Source: Macrostomum lignano
Taxonomy: Eukaryota
Length of the DNA: 31,713 bases
Direction: 5' to 3'
Assembly (NCBI GenBank): GCA_002269645.1
Contig: NIVC01002937.1
Coordinates: 1-31,713, forward strand
Shown here piece by piece: positions 1-10,502 of the stretch; position 1 is the first letter of the stretch; each line of letters starts with the position of its first letter. Under the pieces are notes generated by a model. That model saw nothing but the letters and a program-made list of their open reading frames with translations. It was not told the origin of the DNA and ran no database searches. The translations under genes and the position numbers were made by a program.

Positions 1-249
1 ACCGGACTGACAGCGTCTCAGGTGCCTCAGCCGACTTCTTAGAAGTGTCCAGACGTGAGGTGTCAGCCTATTAGTCGACTAATGGCTCTTGGCCTTTAAA
101 GTCTTGGTCGATATCTTGCTGGAGTTGCTTGCGTCACTCGTCTGCATCAAAGCTGACTTGCCGTCTCCAGACTGGGCCTGTCAAATTTGGCATTTATACG
201 AGAATTCAGGATTGACAGTTTACAACTGATATTCTACTGAGACTTTGAA

Positions 250-337
250 ACAGACTGGCATATTGGTGTCAGTACAGTCTGTAGGTTAGCTGGACCACCT
301 AAACTTGAATTCCACCTCCTATCTGTGAGGCTCTTCA
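250..337 (+). repeat. 88-bp internal subrepeat (first copy shown); about 133 hairpin copies across the array
   Basis: ACAGACTG-N17-CAGTCTGT-AGGTTAGCTGGACCA(C/G)CTAAACTTGAATTCCACC...GAGGCTCT starts at 250, 338 and 426 (period 88; the last full copy per monomer is 86 bp). Count by monomer class: 18x5 + 5x4 + 6x3 + 1x2 + 3 = 133. Confidence 0.95.
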
Positions 338-3300
338 ACAGACTGGCTCAGTTGCGTCAGTGCAGTCTGTAGGTTAGCTGGACCAGCTAAACTTGAATTC
401 CACCTCCTATTGGTGAGGCTCTAAAACAGACTGGCTCAGTTGCGTCAGTGCAGTCTGTAGGTTAGCTGGACCACCTAAACTTGAATTCCACCTCCTATCT
501 GTGAGGCTCTAAAACAGACTGGATCAGTTGCGTCAGTACAGTCTGTAGGTTAGCTGGACACCTAAACTTGAATTCACCCATCTGTGAGGCTCTAAAACAG
601 ACTGGCTCTGTGGCGTCAGTACAGTCTGTAGGTTAGCTGGACCAGTTCAATTAGAATAGGATAAGCCAAATCTGAACACTTTGCAGCAAGCTCACCACAG
701 TAGATTCAATCTCGTCCTATGACTGAACTGCGATGAGGCAACACGTCTGTCCACCGGACTGACCAGCGTCTCAGGTGCCTCAGCTGACTTCTTAGAAGTG
801 TCCAGACGTGAGGTGTCAGCCTATAGTCGACTTAATGGCTCTTGGTCTTAAAGTCTTGGTCGATATCTTGCTGGAGTTGCTTGCGTCACTCGTCTGCATC
901 AAAGCTGACTTGCCGTCTCCAGACTGGGCCTGTCAAATTTGGCATTTATACGAGAATTCAGGATTGACAGTTTACAACTGATATTCTACTGAGACTTTGA
1001 AACAGACTGGCATATTGGTGTCAGTGCAGTCTGTAGGTTAGCTGGACCACCTAAACTTGAATTCCACCTCCTATCTGTGAGGCTCTTAAACAGACTGGCT
1101 CTGTGGCGTCAGTGCAGTCTGTAGGTTAGCTGGACCTCCTAAACTTGAATTCCACCCCATCTATGAGGCTCTAAAACAGACTGGCTCTGTGGCGTCAGTA
1201 CAGTCTGTAGGTTAGCTGGACCAGTTCAATTAGAATAGGATAAGCCAAATCTGAACACTTTGCAGCAAGCTCACCACAGTAGATTCAATCTCGTCCTATG
1301 ACTGAACTGCGATGAGGCAACACGTCTGTCCACCGGACTGACCAGCGTCTCAGGTGCCTCAGCCGACTTCTTAGAAGTGTCCAGACGTGAGGTGTCAGCC
1401 TATAGTCGACTAATGGCTCTTGGCCTTTAAAGTCTTGGTCGATATCTTGCTGGAGTTGCTTGCGTCACTCGTCTGCATCAAAGCTGACTTGCCGTCTCCA
1501 GACTGGGCCTGTCAAATTTGGCATTTATACGAGAATTCAGGATTGACAGTTTACAACTGATATTCTACTGAGACTTTGAAACAGACTGGCATATTGGTGT
1601 CAGTACAGTCTGTAGGTTAGCTGGACCACCTAAACTTGAATTCCACCTCCTATCTGTGAGGCTCTTCAACAGACTGGCTCAGTTGCGTCAGTGCAGTCTG
1701 TAGGTTAGCTGGACCAGCTAAACTTGAATTCCACCTCCTATTGGTGAGGCTCTAAAACAGACTGGCTCAGTTGCGTCAGTGCAGTCTGTAGGTTAGCTGG
1801 ACCACCTAAACTTGAATTCCACCTCCTATCTGTGAGGCTCTTCAACAGACTGGATCAGTTGCGTCAGTACAGTCTGTAGGTTAGCTGGACCACCTAAACT
1901 TGAATTCCACCCCATCTGTGAGGCTCTAAAACAGACTGGCTCTGTGGCGTCAGTACAGTCTGTAGGTTAGCTGGACCAGTTCAATTAGAATAGGATAAGC
2001 CAAATCTGAACACTTTTGCAGCAAGCTCACCACAGTAGATTCAATCTCGTCCTATGACTGAACTGCGATGAGGCAACACGTCTGTCCACCGGACTGACCA
2101 GCGTCTCAGGTGCCTCAGCTGACTTCTTAGAAGTGTCCAGACGTGAGGTGTCAGCCTATAGTCGACTTAATGGCTCTTGGTCTTAAAGTCTTGGTCGATA
2201 TCTTGCTGGAGTTGCTTGCGTCACTCGTCTGCATCAAAGCTGACTTGCCGTCTCCAGACTGGGCCTGTCAAATTTGGCATTTATACGAGAATTCAGGATT
2301 GACAGTTTACAACTGATATTCTACTGAGACTTTGAAACAGACTGGCATATTGGTGTCAGTACAGTCTGTAGGTTAGCTGGACCACCTAAACTTGAATTCC
2401 ACCTCCTATCTGTGAGGCTCTTCAACAGACTGGCTCTGTGGCGTCAGTGCAGTCTGTAGGTTAGCTGGACCTCCTAAACTTGAATTCCACCCCATCTATG
2501 AGGCTCTAAAACAGACTGGCTCTGTGGCGTCAGTACAGTCTGTAGGTTAGCTGGACCAGTTCAATTAGAATAGGATAAGCCAAATCTGAACACTTTTGCA
2601 GCAAGCTCACCACAGTAGATTCAATCTCGTCCTATGACTGAACTGCGATGAGGCAACACGTCTGTCCACCGGACTGACCAGCGTCTCAGGTGCCTCAGCT
2701 GACTTCTTAGAAGTGTCCAGACGTGAGGTGTCAGCCTATAGTCGACTTAATGGCTCTTGGTCTTAAAGTCTTGGTCGATATCTTGCTGGAGTTGCTTGCG
2801 TCACTCGTCTGCATCAAAGCTGACTTGCCGTCTCCAGACTGGGCCTGTCAAATTTGGCATTTATACGAGAATTCAGGATTGACAGTTTACAACTGATATT
2901 CTACTGAGACTTTGAAACAGACTGGCATATTGGTGTCAGTACAGTCTGTAGGTTAGCTGGACCACCTAAACTTGAATTCCACCTCCTATCTGTGAGGCTC
3001 TTCAACAGACTGGCTCAGTTGCGTCAGTGCAGTCTGTAGGTTAGCTGGACCAGCTAAACTTGAATTCCACCTCCTATTGGTGAGGCTCTAAAACAGACTG
3101 GCTCAGTTGCGTCAGTGCAGTCTGTAGGTTAGCTGGACCACCTAAACTTGAATTCCACCTCCTATCTGTGAGGCTCTAAAACAGACTGGATCAGTTGCGT
3201 CAGTACAGTCTGTAGGTTAGCTGGACCACCTAAACTTGAATTCCACCCCATCTGTGAGGCTCTAAAACAGACTGGCTCTGTGGCGTCAGTACAGTCTGTA

Positions 3301-6300
3301 GGTTAGCTGGACCAGTTCAATTAGAATAGGATAAGCCAAATCTGAACACTTTGCAGCAAGCTCACCACAGTAGATTCAATCTCGTCCTATGACTGAACTG
3401 CGATGAGGCAACACGTCTGTCCACCGGACTGACCAGCGTCTCAGGTGCCTCAGCTGACTTCTTAGAAGTGTCCAGACGTGAGGTGTCAGCCTATAGTCGA
3501 CTTAATGGCTCTTGGTCTTAAAGTCTTGGTCGATATCTTGCTGGAGTTGCTTGCGTCACTCGTCTGCATCAAAGCTGACTTGCCGTCTCCAGACTGGGCC
3601 TGTCAAATTTGGCATTTATACGAGAATTCAGGATTGACAGTTTACAACTGATATTCTACTGAGACTTTGAAACAGACTGGCATATTGGTGTCAGTGCAGT
3701 CTGTAGGTTAGCTGGACCACCTAAACTTGAATTCCACCTCCTATCTGTGAGGCTCTTCAACAGACTGGCTCTGTGGCGTCAGTGCAGTCTGTAGGTTAGC
3801 TGGACCTCCTAAACTTGAATTCCACCCCATCTATGAGGCTCTAAAACAGACTGGCTCTGTGGCGTCAGTACAGTCTGTAGGTTAGCTGGACCAGTTCAAT
3901 TAGAATAGGATAAGCCAAATCTGAACACTTTTGCAGCAAGCTCACCACAGTAGATTCAATCTCGTCCTATGACTGAACTGCGATGAGGCAACACGTCTGT
4001 CCACCGGACTGACCAGCGTCTCAGGTGCCTCAGCCGACTTCTTAGAAGTGTCCAGACGTGAGGTGTCAGCCTATAGTCGACTAATGGCTCTTGGCCTTTA
4101 AAGTCTTGGTCGATATCTTGCTGGAGTTGCTTGCGTCACTCGTCTGCATCAAAGCTGACTTGCCGTCTCCAGACTGGGCCTGTCAAATTTGGCATTTATA
4201 CGAGAATTCAGGATTGACAGTTTACAACTGATATTCTACTGAGACTTTGAAACAGACTGGCATATTGGTGTCAGTACAGTCTGTAGGTTAGCTGGACCAC
4301 CTAAACTTGAATTCCACCTCCTATCTGTGAGGCTCTTCAACAGACTGGCTCAGTTGCGTCAGTGCAGTCTGTAGGTTAGCTGGACCAGCTAAACTTGAAT
4401 TCCACCTCCTATTGGTGAGGCTCTAAAACAGACTGGCTCAGTTGCGTCAGTGCAGTCTGTAGGTTAGCTGGACCACCTAAACTTGAATTCCACCTCCTAT
4501 CTGTGAGGCTCTAAAACAGACTGGATCAGTTGCGTCAGTACAGTCTGTAGGTTAGCTGGACCACCTAAACTTGAATTCCACCCCATCTGTGAGGCTCTAA
4601 AACAGACTGGCTCTGTGGCGTCAGTACAGTCTGTAGGTTAGCTGGACCAGTTCAATTAGAATAGGATAAGCCAAATCTGAACACTTTTGCAGCAAGCTCA
4701 CCACAGTAGATTCAATCTCGTCCTATGACTGAACTGCGATGAGGCAACACGTCTGTCCACCGGACTGACCAGCGTCTCAGGTGCCTCAGCTGACTTCTTA
4801 GAAGTGTCCAGACGTGAGGTGTCAGCCTATAGTCGACTTAATGGCTCTTGGTCTTAAAGTCTTGGTCGATATCTTGCTGGAGTTGCTTGCGTCACTCGTC
4901 TGCATCAAAGCTGACTTGCCGTCTCCAGACTGGGCCTGTCAAATTTGGCATTTATACGAGAATTAAGGATTGACAGTTTACAACTGATATTCTACTGAGA
5001 CTTTGAAACAGACTGGCATATTGGTGTCAGTACAGTCTGTAGGTTAGCTGGACCACCTAAACTTGAATTCCACCTCCTATCTGTGAGGCTCTTCAACAGA
5101 CTGGCTCAGTTGCGTCAGTGCAGTCTGTAGGTTAGCTGGACCAGCTAAACTTGAATTCCACCTCCTATCTGTGAGGCTCTTAAACAGACTTGATCAGTTG
5201 CGTCAGTACAGTCTGTAGGTTAGCTGGACCACCTAAACTTGAATTCCACCCCATCTGTGAGGCTCTAAAACAGACTGGCTCTGTGGCGTCAGTACAGTCT
5301 GTAGGTTAGCTGCACCAGTTCAATTAGAATAGGATAAGCCAAATCTGAACACTTTGCAGCAAGCTCACCACAGTAGATTCAATCTCGTCCTATGACTGAA
5401 CTGCGATGAGGCAACACGTCTGTCCACCGGACTGACCAGCGTCTCAGGTGCCTCAGCTGACTTCTTAGAAGTGTCCAGACGTGAGGTGTCAGCCTATAGT
5501 CGACTTAATGGCTCTTGGTCTTAAAGTCTTGGTCGATATCTTGCTGGAGTTGCTTGCGTCACTCGTCTGCATCAAAGCTGACTTGCCGTCTCCAGACTGG
5601 GCCTGTCAAATTTGGCATTTATACGAGAATTCAGGATTGACAGTTTACAACTGATATTCTACTGAGACTTTGAAACAGACTGGCATATTGGTGTCAGTAC
5701 AGTCTGTAGGTTAGCTGGACCACCTAAACTTGAATTCCACCTCCTATCTGTGAGGCTCTTAAACAGACTGGCTCTGTGGCGTCAGTGCAGTCTGTAGGTT
5801 AGCTGGACCTCCTAAACTTGAATTCCACCCCATCTATGAGGCTCTAAAACAGACTGGCTCTGTGGCGTCAGTACAGTCTGTAGGTTAGCTGGACCAGTTC
5901 AATTAGAATAGGATAAGCCAAATCTGAACACTTTTGCAGCAAGCTCACCACAGTAGATTCAATCTCGTCCTATGACTGAACTGCGATGAGGCAACACGTC
6001 TGTCCACCGGACTGACCAGCGTCTCAGGTGCCTCAGCCGACTTCTTAGAAGTGTCCAGACGTGAGGTGTCAGCCTATAGTCGACTAATGGCTCTTGGCCT
6101 TTAAAGTCTTGGTCGATATCTTGCTGGAGTTGCTTGCGTCACTCGTCTGCATCAAAGCTGACTTGCCGTCTCCAGACTGGGCCTGTCAAATTTGGCATTT
6201 ATACGAGAATTCAGGATTGACAGTTTACAACTGATATTCTACTGAGACTTTGAAACAGACTGGCATATTGGTGTCAGTACAGTCTGTAGGTTAGCTGGAC

Positions 6301-9300
6301 CACCTAAACTTGAATTCCACCCCATCTGTGAGGCTCTAAAACAGACTGGCTCTGTGGCGTCAGTACAGTCTGTAGGTTAGCTGGACCAGTTCAATTAGAA
6401 TAGGATAAGCCAAATCTGAACACTTTGCAGCAAGCTCACCACAGTAGATTCAATCTCGTCCTATGACTGAACTGCGATGAGGCAACACGTCTGTCCACCG
6501 GACTGACCAGCGTCTCAGGTGCCTCAGCTGACTTCTTAGAAGTGTCCAGACGTGAGGTGTCAGCCTATAGTCGACTTAATGGCTCTTGGTCTTAAAGTCT
6601 TGGTCGATATCTTGCTGGAGTTGCTTGCGTCACTCGTCTGCATCAAAGCTGACTTGCCGTCTCCAGACTGGGCCTGTCAAATTTGGCATTTATACGAGAA
6701 TTCAGGATTGACAGTTTACAACTGATATTCTACTGAGACTTTGAAACAGACTGGCATATTGGTGTCAGTACAGTCTGTAGGTTAGCTGGACCACCTAAAC
6801 TTGAATTCCACCTCCTATCTGTGAGGCTCTTAAACAGACTGGCTCTGTGGCGTCAGTGCAGTCTGTAGGTTAGCTGGACCTCCTAAACTTGAATTCCACC
6901 CCATCTATGAGGCTCTAAAACAGACTGGCTCTGTGGCGTCAGTACAGTCTGTAGGTTAGCTGGACCAGTTCAATTAGAATAGGATAAGCCAAATCTGAAC
7001 ACTTTTGCAGCAAGCTCACCACAGTAGATTCAATCTCGTCCTATGACTGAACTGCGATGAGGCAACACGTCTGTCCACCGGACTGACCAGCGTCTCAGGT
7101 GCCTCAGCCGACTTCTTAGAAGTGTCCAGACGTGAGGTGTCAGCCTATAGTCGACTAATGGCTCTTGGCCTTTAAAGTCTTGGTCGATATCTTGCTGGAG
7201 TTGCTTGCGTCACTCGTCTGCATCAAAGCTGACTTGCCGTCTCCAGACTGGGCCTGTCAAATTTGGCATTTATACGAGAATTCAGGATTGACAGTTTACA
7301 ACTGATATTCTACTGAGACTTTGAAACAGACTGGCATATTGGTGTCAGTACAGTCTGTAGGTTAGCTGGACCACCTAAACTTGAATTCCACCTCCTATCT
7401 GTGAGGCTCTTCAACAGACTGGCTCAGTTGCGTCAGTGCAGTCTGTAGGTTAGCTGGACCAGCTAAACTTGAATTCCACCTCCTATTGGTGAGGCTCTAA
7501 AACAGACTGGCTCAGTTGCGTCAGTGCAGTCTGTAGGTTAGCTGGACCACCTAAACTTGAATTCCACCTCCTATCTGTGAGGCTCTTCAACAGACTGGAT
7601 CAGTTGCGTCAGTACAGTCTGTAGGTTAGCTGGACCACCTAAACTTGAATTCCACCCCATCTGTGAGGCTCTAAAACAGACTGGCTCTGTGGCGTCAGTA
7701 CAGTCTGTAGGTTAGCTGGACCAGTTTAATTAGAATAGGATAAGCCAAATCTGAACACTTTGCAGCAAGCTCACCACAGTAGATTCAATCTCGTCCTATG
7801 ACTGAACTGCGATGAGGCAACACGTCTGTCCACCGGACTGACCAGCGTCTCAGGTGCCTCAGCTGACTTCTTAGAAGTGTCCAGACGTGAGGTGTCAGCC
7901 TATAGTCGACTTAATGGCTCTTGGTCTTAAAGTCTTGGTCGATATCTTGCTGGAGTTGCTTGCGTCACTCGTCTGCATCAAAGCTGGCTTGCCGTCTCCA
8001 GACTGGGCCTGTCAAATTTGGCATTTATACGAGAATTAAGGATTGACAGTTTACAACTGATATTCTACTGAGACTTTGAAACAGACTGGCATATTGGTGT
8101 CAGTACAGTCTGTAGGTTAGCTGGACCACCTAAACTTGAATTCCACCTCCTATCTGTGAGGCTCTTCAACAGACTGGCTCAGTTGCGTCAGTGCAGTCTG
8201 TAGGTTAGCTGGACCAGCTAAACTTGAATTCCACCTCCTATCTGTGAGGCTCTTAAACAGACTTGATCAATTGCGTCAGTACAGTCTGTAGGTTAGCTGG
8301 ACCACCTAAACTTGAATTCCACCCCATCTGTGAGGCTCTAAAACAGACTGGCTCTGTGGCGTCAGTACAGTCTGTAGGTTAGCTGGACCAGTTCAATTAG
8401 AATAGGATAAGCCAAATCTGAACACTTTTGCAGCAAGCTCACCACAGTAGATTCAATCTCGTCCTATGACTGAACTGCGATGAGGCAACACGTCTGTCCA
8501 CCGGACTGACCAGCGTCTCAGGTGCCTCAGCCGACTTCTTAGAAGTGTCCAGACGTGAGGTGTCAGCCTATAGTCGACTTAATGGCTCTTGGTCTTAAAG
8601 TCTTGGTCGATATCTTGCTGGAGTTGCTTGCGTCACTCGTCTGCATCAAAGCTGACTTGCCGTCTCCAGACTGGGCCTGTCAAATTTGGCATTTATACGA
8701 GAATTCAGGATTGTTAGTTTACAACTGATATTCTACTGAGACTTTGAAACAGACTGGCATATTGGTGTCAGTACAGTCTGTAGGTTAGCTGGACCACCTA
8801 AACTTGAATTCCACCTCCTATCTGTGAGGCTCTTCAACAGACTGGCTCAGTTGCGTCAGTGCAGTCTGTAGGTTAGCTGGACCAGCTAAACTTGAATTCC
8901 ACCTCCTATTGGTGAGGCTCTAAAACAGACTGGCTCAGTTGCGTCAGTGCAGTCTGTAGGTTAGCTGGACCACCTAAACTTGAATTCCACCTCCTATCTG
9001 TGAGGCTCTAAAACAGACTGGATCAGTTGCGTCAGTACAGTCTGTAGGTTAGCTGGACCACCTAAACTTGAATTCCACCCCATCTGTGAGGCTCTAAAAC
9101 AGACTGGCTCTGTGGCGTCAGTACAGTCTGTAGGTTAGCTGGACCAGTTCAATTAGAATAGGATAAGCCAAATCTGAACACTTTGCAGCAAGCTCACCAC
9201 AGTAGATTCAATCTCGTCCTATGACTGAACTGCGATGAGGCAACACGTCTGTCCACCGGACTGACCAGCGTCTCAGGTGCCTCAGCTGACTTCTTAGAAG

Positions 9301-10502
9301 TGTCCAGACGTGAGGTGTCAGCCTATAGTCGACTTAATGGCTCTTGGTCTTAAAGTCTTGGTCGATATCTTGCTGGAGTTGCTTGCGTCACTCGTCTGCA
9401 TCAAAGCTGACTTGCCGTCTCCAGACTGGGCCTGTCAAATTTGGCATTTATACGAGAATTAAGGATTGACAGTTTACAACTGATATTCTACTGAGACTTT
9501 GAAACAGACTGGCATATTGGTGTCAGTACAGTCTGTAGGTTAGCTGGACCACCTAAACTTGAATTCCACCTCCTATCTGTGAGGCTCTTCAACAGACTGG
9601 CTCAGTTGCGTCAGTGCAGTCTGTAGGTTAGCTGGACCAGCTAAACTTGAATTCCACCTCCTATCTGTGAGGCTCTTAAACAGACTTGATCAGTTGCGTC
9701 AGTACAGTCTGTAGGTTAGCTGGACCACCTAAACTTGAATTCCACCCCATCTGTGAGGCTCTAAAACAGACTGGCTCTGTGGCGTCAGTACAGTCTGTAG
9801 GTTAGCTGGACCAGTTCAATTAGAATAGGATAAGCCAAATCTGAACACTTTTGCAGCAAGCTCACCACAGTAGATTCAATCTCGTCCTATGACTGAACTG
9901 CGATGAGGCAACACGTCTGTCCACCGGACTGACCAGCGTCTCAGGTGCCTCAGCCGACTTCTTAGAAGTGTCCAGACGTGAGGTGTCAGCCTATAGTCGA
10001 CTTAATGGCTCTTGGTCTTAAAGTCTTGGTCGATATCTTGCTGGAGTTGCTTGCGTCACTCGTCTGCATCAAAGCTGACTTGCCGTCTCCAGACTGGGCC
10101 TGTCAAATTTGGCATTTATACGAGAATTCAGGATTGACAGTTTACAACTGATATTCTACTGAGACTTTGAAACAGACTGGCATATTGGTGTCAGTACAGT
10201 CTGTAGGTTAGCTGGACCACCTAAACTTGAATTCCACCTCCTATCTGTGAGGCTCTTAAACAGACTGGCTCTGTGGCGTCAGTGCAGTCTGTAGGTTAGC
10301 TGGACCTCCTAAACTTGAATTCCACCCCATCTATGAGGCTCTAAAACAGACTGGCTCTGTGGCGTCAGTACAGTCTGTAGGTTAGCTGGACCAGTTCAAT
10401 TAGAATAGGATAAGCCAAATCTGAACACTTTTGCAGCAAGCTCACCACAGTAGATTCAATCTCGTCCTATGACTGAACTGCGATGAGGCAACACGTCTGT
10501 CC

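Noticed and set aside
178-195. Sm-site-like AATTTGG, raising an snRNA or SL-RNA gene array
   Set aside because: Minimal match only. There is no leader ending in a splice donor and no recognisable U snRNA, 5S or SL sequence in the monomer.
259-273. LTR end plus tRNA-Leu primer-binding site (CA-TAT-TGGTGTCAG), suggesting a tandem TRIM/LTR array
   Set aside because: Only 9 nt match, and it is a variant of the TTGCGTCAG/TGGCGTCAG loop word. The purine-rich AGAATAGGATAAG is not adjacent to a TG, and there is no terminal inverted repeat beyond TG/CA.
250-640. CRISPR-like repeat/spacer appearance of the palindromic subrepeats
   Set aside because: The variable parts are four closely related, reused 17-mers rather than unique spacers. 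The context is eukaryotic and there are no cas genes.
1290-1470. Stop-free stretch of ~59 codons on the minus strand in one monomer variant
   Set aside because: No start codon, it is broken in the other common variant, and I recognise no domain. The 88-bp period is not a multiple of 3.
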